This document shows positions 20,230-32,200 of a stretch of DNA of 64,000 bases, piece after piece (positions within the stretch are counted from its first letter, which is position 1; each line of letters opens with the position of its first letter). The notes below the pieces were generated by a model. That model made no database searches. It was not told the origin of the DNA and saw nothing but the letters and a program-made list of their open reading frames with translations. Source of the DNA: Thecamonas trahens ATCC 50062 (lineage: Eukaryota; Protista; Apusomonadida); assembly GCF_000142905.1 (NCBI RefSeq), contig NW_013657619.1, positions 68,735 to 132,734 of the forward strand, given 5' to 3'. The position numbers and the translations under genes were made by a program.

Positions 20230-22356
20230 TTACAACCGCTCAGCATCGCCGTCGCTCGACGACGACGAGCCGGAGCTCGAGCTGGAGCTGCTAGGCTGGG
20301 ACGACGACGACGACGACGAGCCGGGGGCCCGCCTAGACCCTGCTGAGCTAGCTGCAGAGCTCTTGGCCGATGCGGCCGATCCAGAGCCCGAGCCAGACGC
20401 CGCTGATTCGTCAGCCGAGCCGCACGACGCATCCGATACGTCGGAAATCGCGATCGACGCCACAGAAGACGCCACAGAAGACGCCGTAGAAGACGCCCCA
20501 GACAGCGCCCCAGACAGAGCCTCGTCAGCAGCGCCTACGGTATCGGCCTCGTCAGCCTCATCAGCCTCCCAGCTCTCGGTCGTGTGCGTCGTAGTCTTGG
20601 TTACCGTCGTTGTCGTCGTCGTTGTCATCGTCGATGGCGTCTTCTTCTCTTCGCCAGCCTTCTCAGCCTCGTCATCAGCCTCGGACTCGGCCTCGGACTC
20701 GCCATCGACCTCGGCATCGCCATCGACCTCGGCATCGCCAGCGACATCGCCATAGCTGTCGTCATCATCAGAATGAAACTCCAGATCGTCCACGCCGGCA
20801 ACCGCAACTGGCTCGGCGTCAACACCGTTCCCGCTCGCCCTCACCTGCTCATCGTCACCGTCACTGCTGCCTGCAAAGTCATATTCCGGCTCGTCATCGC
20901 CGTTGGCGTCCCACTTGCGGGCAGCCGAGGCGGCGTAGCGCGAGACGTTGGCCAACTCGGCCTCCTCGTCGTAGTAGTCGTCGATGTCGATGCCGGCCCG
21001 GGCCATGGCGGCCTCAAACTTGGCTTGAGCCCGCTGCTCGGCAGCTTCGATTGAAGCCGTCTCAAAGAGGAACGGCCGGGCGTCGACCCTAGCACGCATG
21101 GCCCGGATCGAAGCCTTGTAATCGGCCTCGGCGCGGGCAAAGGCCTTCCGATGCGCGGCGACCTTCTTGCGCTTGCGCGCCTCAAACAGGTCGATGTTGT
21201 CCTTGAGCTTGGGCACGAGCTTGCGCGCGAGCTTGGCTCGCCGCTTCTTGATCTGAGCCAGGTGCTGCCGCTCGGCTTCCGCCGCAGCCTCGCGCTCGCG
21301 GGCGCGCTGCTTAGCCACCTCGACCTTGAGCTGCGCCGACCGGGTCCAGCCCGGATCAATGGAGCACCCATAGTCGGGCATGGGCGTCGGCGCGATCTTG
21401 GCGCGCGGCGTAGCGTACGGCCACCGGTTCTCGACCAGCACCTCTTCGTCGCGCTCGATGTCAGCCAGGACTTTGCCTGTCGTGTCGATGCGCTCGGTGC
21501 GGAAGTTGAACGGCTTGGCCTTGGTCGGCTTCCGCTGATGCTGCCGCTTCTTGAGCGCCGCGTCAAACGCTGCCTGCTTGGCCGCAAAGTCGGGGATCTG
21601 AGTATTGATCTTGGGCGAAAAGGTGAGGTCGTTGTGGGCAGCTCCACCGCGGAGCCGCACCAGCTCGGCATCCGGCGCCGCCCCGGTGTTGCCCACTGCC
21701 ACCGACGACGGCCGGTGGCCCTGAGCCTTGATTCGCGCCTCCTCCTCCTTGAGCTTGCGCACCTTTTCGGCATATGCCTGGTTGTGCGCCTCCATCCGCG
21801 GCGGCAGCGACGCGGCCTTGAGCAGCGCCTGCGCCCGTGCGTTCACCCGCTCCTTGCGCCGCTTGTTCTTGTCAGCCTCGATCGACTCGACAAGCGCCTC
21901 CTCGAGCCGGACCTCGGCCGGAATCGGGTTGGCCACAAACGGCGCCACGGGCTCGGGCGACGGCGTCCGCGCCTGCACCCGTGCCTCCCACATCTCTTTG
22001 TCGCGCTGGTAGAACGAGAACGGCTTCTCGCGCGCAAGTGTGATGGCCTTGCTCCGCTTGCGCACCTCCTCCCGCCGCCGCTCCTGCTTCTGCATCAGCC
22101 GGTCAAACTTGGGAATGAGCACGTCGGCAGGAATCGGCTTGGCCTCAAACGACGCATTCATGGCGGCACTCTCCTCGATCTCGCGCCGCAGCGTCTCGGC
22201 CTCCAGCCGCTTCTGCGACCGCGTCTTGGGCGTCGACCGCATCGTGAACGAAAACGGCTCCGGCACCGTCAGCTGCGGCTTCCATCGCATGCCGCCCGCC
22301 CGCGCCCTCGCCCGCCGCCTGGGCGAGCCGCCCGATGCAGAGCCCATCGACACCTC
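20230..22356 (-). CDS. FAM161: FAM161 family centriolar/microtubule-binding protein; 5' end probably lost in the 22357-23230 gap
   Basis: LTVPEPFSFTMR, FEAKPIP, EKPFSFYQRD, FVANPIP, ASLPPRME, FSPKIN.QIPDF, T..KPFNF and RPFLFE motifs, followed by an acidic/Ser-rich tail. Confidence 0.8.
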   Translation of the reverse strand, partial: EVSMGSASGGSPRRRARARAGGMRWKPQLTVPEPFSFTMRSTPKTRSQKRLEAETLRREIEESAAMNASFEAKPIPADVLIPKFDRLMQKQERRREEVRKRSKAITLAREKPFSFYQRDKEMWEARVQARTPSPEPVAPFVANPIPAEVRLEEALVESIEADKNKRRKERVNARAQALLKAASLPPRMEAHNQAYAEKVRKLKEEEARIKAQGHRPSSVAVGNTGAAPDAELVRLRGGAAHNDLTFSPKINTQIPDFAAKQAAFDAALKKRQHQRKPTKAKPFNFRTERIDTTGKVLADIERDEEVLVENRWPYATPRAKIAPTPMPDYGCSIDPGWTRSAQLKVEVAKQRAREREAAAEAERQHLAQIKKRRAKLARKLVPKLKDNIDLFEARKRKKVAAHRKAFARAEADYKASIRAMRARVDARPFLFETASIEAAEQRAQAKFEAAMARAGIDIDDYYDEEAELANVSRYAASAARKWDANGDDEPEYDFAGSSDGDDEQVRASGNGVDAEPVAVAGVDDLEFHSDDDDSYGDVAGDAEVDGDAEVDGESEAESEADDEAEKAGEEKKTPSTMTTTTTTTVTKTTTHTTESWEADEADEADTVGAADEALSGALSGASSTASSVASSVASIAISDVSDASCGSADESAASGSGSGSAASAKSSAASSAGSRRAPGSSSSSSSQPSSSSSSSGSSSSSDGDAERL

Positions 22357-23825
22357 NNNNNNNNNNNNNNNNNNNNNNNNNNNNNNNNNNNNNNNNNNNN
22401 NNNNNNNNNNNNNNNNNNNNNNNNNNNNNNNNNNNNNNNNNNNNNNNNNNNNNNNNNNNNNNNNNNNNNNNNNNNNNNNNNNNNNNNNNNNNNNNNNNNN
22501 NNNNNNNNNNNNNNNNNNNNNNNNNNNNNNNNNNNNNNNNNNNNNNNNNNNNNNNNNNNNNNNNNNNNNNNNNNNNNNNNNNNNNNNNNNNNNNNNNNNN
22601 NNNNNNNNNNNNNNNNNNNNNNNNNNNNNNNNNNNNNNNNNNNNNNNNNNNNNNNNNNNNNNNNNNNNNNNNNNNNNNNNNNNNNNNNNNNNNNNNNNNN
22701 NNNNNNNNNNNNNNNNNNNNNNNNNNNNNNNNNNNNNNNNNNNNNNNNNNNNNNNNNNNNNNNNNNNNNNNNNNNNNNNNNNNNNNNNNNNNNNNNNNNN
22801 NNNNNNNNNNNNNNNNNNNNNNNNNNNNNNNNNNNNNNNNNNNNNNNNNNNNNNNNNNNNNNNNNNNNNNNNNNNNNNNNNNNNNNNNNNNNNNNNNNNN
22901 NNNNNNNNNNNNNNNNNNNNNNNNNNNNNNNNNNNNNNNNNNNNNNNNNNNNNNNNNNNNNNNNNNNNNNNNNNNNNNNNNNNNNNNNNNNNNNNNNNNN
23001 NNNNNNNNNNNNNNNNNNNNNNNNNNNNNNNNNNNNNNNNNNNNNNNNNNNNNNNNNNNNNNNNNNNNNNNNNNNNNNNNNNNNNNNNNNNNNNNNNNNN
23101 NNNNNNNNNNNNNNNNNNNNNNNNNNNNNNNNNNNNNNNNNNNNNNNNNNNNNNNNNNNNNNNNNNNNNNNNNNNNNNNNNNNNNNNNNNNNNNNNNNNN
23201 NNNNNNNNNNNNNNNNNNNNNNNNNNNNNNGGAGGGCTGGCGTGGGGCTATCACCGGTTCATTTAATGGCATACTTAGGAGACGCAAAACGAAGTTGTGT
23301 CGAGAACGCATAGGGGAGAAGAGGGGGCAAGGCAGGTTGTACGTTCCTCGGGCCCATATGGGGAGTTGCCGAGGAGATAATGCTGGCTATGGCGCACGGA
23401 GGAACGCCATGACCGGTGTTGGTGCGGAGGGGGGGGAGGGGGGCTAGGGGGGGGATCGACGCATGTAAGGGGGTCGAGGAGGGAGAAAAATTCAAAGCGA
23501 TCACTGATCGTGATCTTCTCTGAGCGCCCTCCCAGCCTCAGCACGCTCCTCCTCGGATATAGCTATACGTTGAGGACTGTTGGATCGGACTGTATGCTCG
23601 CGAGCGATGACACCAACACAGAGACACAGACAAACAACAGTCTCGCCAGCGATCTCATCGATCCTCACGCCCCTCCGAGGAGTCCTCGCCATGGATCTCA
23701 TCACTTTCGTGGCTCTGTGTTGCCTGCCGCCACCGGTTTGATCCCTCCCTCCTCCCCCTCCCCCTCCCCCCTCCCCCTCCCCCTCCCCCTCCCCCCTCGC
23801 ACCCCACTCCCCCCGCTCCCACCCC

Positions 23826-24779
23826 ATGCTCCGCATCCTGGCCACTTCCGCCACCTCACGGGCCTTCACCACCTCTGCTGTGCCTGCAGCACGGAAGCTT
23901 GGCCTCTCGCCCACCTTTAAGGAGCCGAGCACATCGCCCGAGTCGAGCACTGCCTCCGCCACCGCCGCGTCATCGTCATCATCATCACCATCATCATCGT
24001 CATCATCGTCATCGGCAGCGGTGCAGGCGGCCGAGGCACGGGCCGAGGCTCAGGCCAAGTCGGAGCTGGAGCTGCTGGCGCGGGCGTCGAAGCGGTCGTG
24101 GCTGCTGGAGGGCGCGGGATACTGGGCACTGATGCAGGTGACGGGCTCGATGGCCTTGGCGCCGCTGATTGTGGCCTATTCGCCGGTAGACGGGGAGCTT
24201 CCCGAGACGACTGATACTGCGCTTGGCTCGACCATCGATGCGCTAGGCACTATGGGCACTGCTGGCCGCATCGGCGTCGCCGGCATGCTCGTCGCCTTTG
24301 CCGGCTCCATCCTCTACGGCGTCCGCTCCTACGCCTCGCGCTACGTCGACGAGGTCCTCGTGGCCAAGCGCGATCTGCGCGCCTTCCTTGACGAGGGCAA
24401 GCCCATCCGCAAGCTGCATCTCAAAACGCTGACCCTACTTGGCCAGCCGCGCGTCGCCCCGGTCTCGGTCGCGTCCATGTCGGTCGAGCTGATCAAGGGC
24501 CTGCCTGCCCACGAGGCCTTTGTCCGCGATCTGGTCGCCGACGCCGCCGCCGCTGCGCCTGCCGAGGAGCGCCCGCGTCGCTCGTCCCGCCACGGCAAGC
24601 GCAGTGACATGAAGCGCACGTTTACCTTCCGCACCGCCGACCCGCGCACCCCCGGCCCGTTTGTCATCGACTTTGACGGCGACCTCTTCCACAACGAGCT
24701 CGCTTTTGACCTCCTCGTCCGCCACAAGCTCGCTCCGCCGCGGGCTAAGCCTGATCCGGCACTCTACGCTCAGCGCTGA
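23826..24779 (+). CDS. Probable mitochondrial inner-membrane protein of the TMEM70/186/223 family (TMEM223-like)
   Basis: N-terminus is Arg/Ser/Thr-rich and acid-free, like a transit peptide (MLRILATSATSRAFTTSA). Two TM helices, then RYV, TLTLLG and a C-terminal FVIDFDGDLFHNELAFD that resembles the TMEM223 FLLDxxGxFxNxxLFD motif. Confidence 0.55.
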   Translation: MLRILATSATSRAFTTSAVPAARKLGLSPTFKEPSTSPESSTASATAASSSSSSPSSSSSSSSAAVQAAEARAEAQAKSELELLARASKRSWLLEGAGYWALMQVTGSMALAPLIVAYSPVDGELPETTDTALGSTIDALGTMGTAGRIGVAGMLVAFAGSILYGVRSYASRYVDEVLVAKRDLRAFLDEGKPIRKLHLKTLTLLGQPRVAPVSVASMSVELIKGLPAHEAFVRDLVADAAAAAPAEERPRRSSRHGKRSDMKRTFTFRTADPRTPGPFVIDFDGDLFHNELAFDLLVRHKLAPPRAKPDPALYAQR

Positions 24780-24796
24780 CTGAATTGAGCCCCTCT

Positions 24797-24908
24797 TTAC
24801 GCAAGGTTGTGCTTCCATCTATCAAGCACCGAGCCCTGGCGCTGCCGCGGCGCTGACGCTGTCCGCTCCGCCGCACGCTCACCAGGGCCGTCGTGCCGAC
24901 CCCTTCCC

Positions 24909-24942
<34 letters not shown>

Positions 24943-26047
24943 TGCGCCCGCGACCGCGCCCGCGCCCGAATCCGAGTAGTCGGGTCCTCGCCGCGTCCCG
25001 GTTCTGCCGCAATCCGACCAGCTTCGGAGCGGTCGCGTGCGTGCTCTGCCGCTGCGCCTCGGGTTCGGACAGCTANNNNNNNNNNNNNNNNNNNNNNNNN
25101 NNNNNNNNNNNNNNNNNNNNNNNNNNNNNNNNNNNNNNNNNNNNNNNNNNNNNNNNNNNNNNNNNNNNNNNNNNNNNNNNNNNNNNNNNNNNNNTGAGCC
25201 CCTCCAGCCGCGACTTGAGCACGTTTTTGGACTCGCCCGAGACCAGCGCGCTCCGCTCGATGCTCGCCTCGGCTGCGCCGGACCCTGCCATCCGCAACAC
25301 CGGCTTGGGCTTTGCCCGCACCACGCCCATGCCACCCAGCCGCGCGCCGGACCCGGTCGCCTTACTCTGCTGCTGCAACGACTCGAGCCGCGCCGCCATC
25401 GCCGCCTTGCGCGCCGCCACCGCCGCCGGCTGCGGCTTGAGCGCTGGTGGCTTGCTCGCTGGTGGCTTGCTCGCCGCTACCGGTCTGCTACTTCCCGCCA
25501 CACTTGTAAATCGCGCCAGCGCCTCCGCCCACTCGTCCAGCACACTAGCCAGGCTGTGGCTCAGCGCGCACTTGACCCGTCCACCGGCTCTTATCTCTAG
25601 CACCCTCCTCGCCCCATCGGCAGCGCCCGGATCAAGCTCAAACCGCCCTCCACCGAGCTCGAGCGCAACCTGATCGCCAAGCCGCAGCACGCCGCTTCCG
25701 TCCAGACTCACCGCCCGCGACACCCATCCCGAGCTTGCGCCCCGGAACATCATCCTTCCAGCGCAGATCGATGCCGATCCTGAGCCCGACCCCAATTCTA
25801 GCGCCTTTCCTGTCCCAATTCCACCCCCTGCCGCCCGCCCGCCACTCCCAACCGCTCCGCCACGCCCTCCGGTCGGGCGGCCACTGGCCCGTCCTCCGCC
25901 CCGGCGACCGCCACTTCCGCCGGTCCCGCACTGACCAACCCCCGCACGACGACCACTTGGACCACCACCACTACCACCAGCTGCTTCCTCGTCGTGGATG
26001 TTATGCGCCCACCGGTCGAGAACCGACGGTCGTCCTCGGCGAGCCAT
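24797..26047 (-). CDS. PH-domain protein with an RG-repeat C-terminus; interrupted by an assembly gap
   Basis: ICAGRMMFRGASSGWVSRAVSLDGSGVLRL...LEIRAGGRVKCALS....LDEWAEALARF fits the PH pattern with its C-terminal helix Trp. The segment after the gap ends GRGRGR...SVLDRWKHNLA*. Confidence 0.6.
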
Positions 26048-26219
26048 TCCTGCTCTCCCTTGCTCTGCCCTGCTCTCTCTCGCTCGCCTTTGCCGCGTCG
26101 AGTGCCGGACTGTGACAGCCGCCGAAGCTGGCTGCAGTCACACCACGGCGATTGGCCACCACACGTCGGTGAGAGCGTGTAAGAAGACTCTGCTTGTATT
26201 GTGTTGTCGCTACTCATCG

Positions 26220-29200
26220 CTACTGGCCATGGATCACCTGATCGCGGACGGCACGGAGCCGGGCCTCGAGCCGAGCCCGGACTACGGTGGCAGACGCGCC
26301 GAGGACGATTGGCATGCGGCAGCGGAGACCAAGGGTGTCAAACAGACCCAAGGTGACCACCTCGAGGCCGCGCTCACGGCGGAGGACCTCAACTCCGTCG
26401 AGTGCGGCGGTGATGCAGCCCTCCCACGCGGCTTCGGACCGGATCATGCTCACAACATGGGCAATCACCTGCGCGCAGCCCCGGACCGAGCCCGGCTCGA
26501 GCGAGATCAGGAACATCTCGCCGGTCTCGCCCTCCACCATAACCTCGCCTGCAAGCTCGAGCACGTGGCATGCCACCAGGTACGCCGCCGCCGACGAGGC
26601 AAACGCCTCCTCTGTCCCCGATCGCCGCGCGAGCCACTTGGCCAGCGCCTCAGCCTTGCCCGCCTTGGTCTCGTCCGCAATGTCGCCAAGCCCGGCCACC
26701 TCGCCCTTGGTTCGCAGCTCCACCAGCCCGGCTTGCGCCCCGGTCGCCAGCGTGGTGTAAGGGTCGAGCTTGAGATCAAGCCCGGCCTGCAGCCATACCC
26801 GGTCGATCATCGTGAGCACCGTCAGCACACCCTGCTCCGGACGCAGATCGCATCCTGTCTTGAACAGAAAGTAAAACGGCTCGCCCGCCGTGTCGTGGTT
26901 CGAATACGCCACCTTGAGCGTCACCCGCCCGGTTCCGGCCTCCACACGCATCACAGAGCACTCGTCCGCAAGTACCTTGCCCATAACCCACCGTGGATGG
27001 AGCGGGTGTGAGACGCCGCGGCTGCGGAGGAGCGGCGCAATGTCGCCAGCATCCTTGGCGCTGCCGGAGAGCAGCGCGTCCGCCGCAACCTGCAGCCGCT
27101 GCAGGAACCCGACCTGCGCAGAGAGCGCAGACACTAGCGTGCCCTTGGATCCGCCCTTGACGCGCAGCAGCGCCTCGGTCAGCACCCGCGCCCGCTCGCC
27201 GACCCACGGGCACGCCTGCGCCTCGGCACGCAGCGCCCAGAATAGCGCCATCGTCAGCCGCTGCGACGCCCGCGCGCGCGTAACTAGAAAGCCCGCAAGC
27301 GCAGACCCGTCGCGCTCCTCGTTCAGCACCGCGTACACCAGCGGAAGGACAAGCCGCTGCAGCAAGTGGTCGCCGAGCCCGCGGATATTGTCCACTGCAA
27401 ACGCCCGGATTCTCGCGTCCACAAACTCCGTGCCCAGAAGCTCAAGCGCTGCCAGCCACCCGATCGGCGACCACTGTCCGAGATACCCGTACGCCCGCCC
27501 CACAAACTCTGCATCCTGCCAGTTGATCCCGCGCCAGATCTTCGCCAGCGCGTCTGGCCGCGTCGTGAGAAACGGCATGTACTGCCACAACAGCGCAATA
27601 TCAACTCCCGACGCCCGCTTTGTCCGCGCAAGCACAGCCTCGATCTTCTTCCATGCAAGTTCAGACGGCGGCTTGAGATGCCCGCGCGTCTCAAACAGGA
27701 ACGCCTCTTGCACCCGTGGGTACCGCACCGCAACGCCGGTCGCAAGGCCTGGCTCCACCCCAACCTCCACTACCACCGGGAACCAGCGCGCGCTCCCATC
27801 CCGCGACGCCACATACACCGTGTGCCGGCCCAGCAGCAGCAGCCCATCTTCGTCAAACAGCGAGATCCGCGCGCTCCCCTCTCCCACAGCAACCTCCACA
27901 GCAGCTTCACGCGGAAGCTCGCTCACCGCAAGCGTAAACGTCCGCTCCACGCTGCCGAGAGGCGCAAGATGGTCGCTGCCGCGCACAAGCCACCCGGTCA
28001 CACTTGGCGACTCGGGATCGAGTGCAAGGAGCGTCAGCCCAAGCTTCGCCTCGCCAAGTTCCAGCGACGAGACGACCTCCGCCCCGCGGCCCACTTCGGC
28101 TCCGCCTTCTTCCGCCGGCGCCGCAAGCATTGGCTCCGCCAGCGCTCTTCGCCGCTCCGCACTGTGCGCCTGCGACACAGGCGCCAGCGCCTGCCTCTTA
28201 GCCTCGATCACAAGCTCCGGAAGCTTGCGCGACCGCAGGCACCGCTGCAGGTACAGCGAGCTGATGATTGGGCCCTCAATCGCAGACAAGTAGTCACACA
28301 GCCCGCGAACCTTGAGCGCAAACTCAGACGCGTCGCCGCCCTTCACCTTGTTCGACTCCAGGAACGTAGAGTGGCTCGCCCAAATCGCTGCAAGCACTTC
28401 CTCCGCCCCCAGATTCACGTTCACCCGCAGCGTCTTGGTCCGCTCGCCCGCGCCCGCGTACAGCCGCACAATTAGCCACTCGGGCTCCTTTGCCTCCAGC
28501 GACCGCGACTGTACCCGGCTCTGCCCGCCTCCCTCGCTCGTCTCCGACGACCGCGCCGCCTCGGTCTCGGCCTCGCCTCCGTCCGACATCCACCCACTGT
28601 CCGACATGTCAAACTCAGACTCAAACCCGTACAGCTGCCGTGCGTCCCACCCAGACATCACGCCCTCGGAGATTGCACCGTCGTCGCCCGATGACGACGA
28701 CGACGATGATGATGATGAAGACGACGTAAACGACGCGTGAGAGAGCTCACCCAGCCCGCCAGACGCCCCGCTCTTCGGCAGCACCTCACCTCTACTTGCT
28801 GCAGACTCACCTGTCGCCGCTAGGCTGGCAATGCTCTGCGAGGTCATACCCTCGCCGCGCCGGATGTGGTAGTCCACCGACGGGCCCGAGACTCCGCACG
28901 ACTTGTACCACGCTGCGATCTGGAGATGGATCGTCTTGCGGAACTTGTACAGCATCAGCTCGTATGCGACCTCTTGCGCAATCGCCTGGTTAAAGCCAAA
29001 CATAATCGGCGGGGGCCGAGCGCAGAGCCGACAGCCACAGTGTCGCCGCTCTTCAGCGTCTCCACAAACGACGACGCATCGTACTCGGGCGACGGTCGGA
29101 GCGAGATAAACTCCAGCCGCATGAGCGCCACAAGATCGTCTGCAAGCGTCTCGCGGACCTTGGCCTCCTCGTCCGCCGACGACTCGACCTCGCCCGCCGC

Positions 29201-32200
29201 TCCCATGATGAACGACGCTGCTCGCGAGACTCGCGCAGACCGCACCGCCGCCGCAGCTTCGCCGCGCTTTCGCCGCCCGGTCCGCGGCAGGACCGCAAGC
29301 AGGCCAAAGGCGTCAAACTCTTTGCCAAACACAGCCGCAACCTTGAGCGTCAGTGCCTGAGACGGAGCAAGCCGGTCGATCCGCGCCGTGATGATCCCCG
29401 CCAGCGAGAGCGGAACATCTACCTCGTTCAGCGCCCGCGTCGCAACTACCGACGACGCGCCCATGTCCACACGCACCGCATCCGACTCGGCGAGCGCCGT
29501 CGCAACCTCCTGCGCAAAGAACGGGTTTCCGCCAGACTTCTCCGCCACAAACTCGGCCACTGCCTCGTCCACCTGCCGCACGTTGAGCCGCAGGCCAACA
29601 AGTTGCCGAACATGCTCCTTCTCAAGCGGCGGGAGAACCAGGTGGTACCCAGGTGCTGTGTGGCCCACCAGTGTCTGATAGAAGCTCGGCACATGCGCAG
29701 TGTACGGTCGCGACGAGATCATAAACACCACCCTGGCTGAGCTCCCTTTTTGCCCGTACGCCTCCACCATCGCCAGGAGCAGCGACCGCGAGCCGGCGTC
29801 AAACAAGTGCACATCGTCCACCGCAATGAGGCTCTTGCGCTCGTCAAACTGCGCCAGCGTTGCCACAACCTTGCATATGTACGCGTTAAGGTCCGCAGAC
29901 GACGGCCGCGATATCTTGCCCTTGGCTGCACACTCCCGCTGCTTCATCGCCGCCTTGCTTCGCGCCTTGGGCACCGAGAGCGACGTCGTTCGGCTCCGAT
30001 CCTTGGCCTTGGCCTTGGCTTTGGCCCTAGCCTTGCCGACCTTCCGCCGCTTGCCGCCGCCACTCTTGCGGACTCGCTTGCGAATCCGCTTGCGGACCCG
30101 CTTGCGAATATGCTTGCTCCCGCCTTCGCCCACTCCATCGGCCTTCTCCTTGCCCTTTCCCTTTCCCTTTCCCTTGCCCTTCCGCCTCACCTTGGACCGC
30201 AACGAGGTCAGCAGCGACCGCCGTTTCTTGATCGAGCGGGGCTGCGCTGAGCTGCTCGACGACGCCGCCGAGCTGCTAGCCGAACCAGCTCCCGAGCATG
30301 CGCCTCCGCCGGAGCAGCTGCTGGCCGACGAGCCTCCGTTACAGCATCTGGCCGTGACCTCGTCGGTGTAGGTGTAGGTGTAATCGTACTCGTACTCGCA
30401 CGAGTCCGACTCGTCACCGACCGAGACCAGCCGCTTGCGGGCAAGGTCAAGGCCGAGCACAGGATTGAGCAACCAGAGCGAGTCAATCATGGATGTGTCC
30501 GACGTTGCTCGTGCCAGCGCCGCCCGCGCCGCGTCCTCGCGTGCGTACTCGACGTCCGCAATGCCCAACAGTCGCTCGAGCATGGCGATCCACGGAAAGA
30601 ACGGAACCTTCCGCTTGTGCGGATCGCCGCAGACATCAAAGACCTGCAGCTTGTTCTTGGCGCCGTTGGCCACAGCTTCTTCCAGCAGCCGTGACTTCCC
30701 GATCCCGGCCCCTCCCTCTAGCATGAGCAGCGCCGCCGCCGTCGACGCCCCGCCGTCGCCAGCCGTCATGCGCATCATCCGTTGCAGCACCCGCTGCCGG
30801 CCCACAACCTCGACGTTGAGCTCGAGCATTGACTCGCCACGCTTCAGTGCTCGTCCCGTGTGCTCTGCATCCGACGAGAGCATCGGTGCAAAGGCGGCGA
30901 CAGGCAGTGCCTTGCCCTTCATCATCTTCTCGCCGAGTGAGGTGAACTGCAGCGAGTGGTCGAGGAGCGATGCTGCCCGGACCGTCGCCTGGTCGCACAC
31001 CACCGGTGAGCCCGGGAAGGCCTTCATCAGCCGCGCAGCTGTGTTCACCATGTCGCCCATCATGGTGTACTCACGCCGGAGCTCGCCGCCCACCACCCCG
31101 CAGAACGCCACTCCGGTCGTGATGCCGATCGACGGTGCGAGCCCGAGCTGCGATAGCGAGTCCTGCGCCATAGCCCCAGCCAGAATCCCGCGCAGCGCGT
31201 CGTCCTCGTGCGACATTGGCGGGAGGCCAAAGCCGGCGAGACAGACAAACCCCTTGTCATCAACCAGAAACTTGTTGACAATACCACCGTACTTGAAGAC
31301 TGCAGCCTGGATGGCAAGCACCACTGCGTCCATGGTTGGAATAAGCGCCTCGGGTGGCGCATCAAGATCCAGGCCGCCCACAGAGACAAACAGAACCGTG
31401 GCCTTGCGGAGCTCCGCAACCCATTTGCCCTGCCGGTCAAACACGTCGCGCCCAGTGTTTCGCTGGATGACTCGCGGAATGAACATCCGCAGCGCCATGT
31501 CCACCCCCGACGCTCCCACAAGGTCTGGGTCCTCCAGCGGCGCCGAGTCGATCGGCCGCACAATGCCACGCAACTCCACACCTTCGCTCAGCGGCACGCC
31601 CTCGACCCGCGACCGCACAAGCTCCCACGTGGCGTGGGTGAGAACAGCCTTGTCTGGCGACGCCGCCGTCAGCGCCTCCTCCAGCAGGCCGAGCGACGAG
31701 CCAACAAGCACAAACTCCCACTTGTTCCCGCGCCCGCCAAGCTGTAGCATCGTCAACTGCGAGTCCGACGCCAGCGCAATGTGCAGCCGCGGCCGGGTCG
31801 GGTCGTCGTTCGAGTTCATCCGCGTCAGAATCTCCAGCGCGCACTGGGCTGCCCGCAGTGCACACGTAGCCGCGCCGTCGGCGCCACTGGGGGATGCCCA
31901 AACCGCAAGCAGCGCGTCGCCCGCAAACTTGACTACGTCGCCGCCGTGGTTGCGCACAAGCGAGATGAGCCCACCAAAGTAGTTGTTGAGCAGCGCCACA
32001 AGCTGCTCCGCTCCGTCGCGGCACGATGCCAGCTGCTCGGTGAGCGCGGTAAAACCCGAGATGTCGCACATGACCACCGTACCGTAGAACGGCGGATGCA
32101 TGGCCTCAGCATGCCACTTTGAGCCCACTTGCTGGGCGCACCGTTCCACCACCATCAGCGGCAGGTATGACGACAGTGTCCGCGCAATGACCGCAGAGCC

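Noticed and set aside
21151-23447. Long ORFs spanning the 22357-23230 N run
   Set aside because: These are artefacts of translating through Ns.
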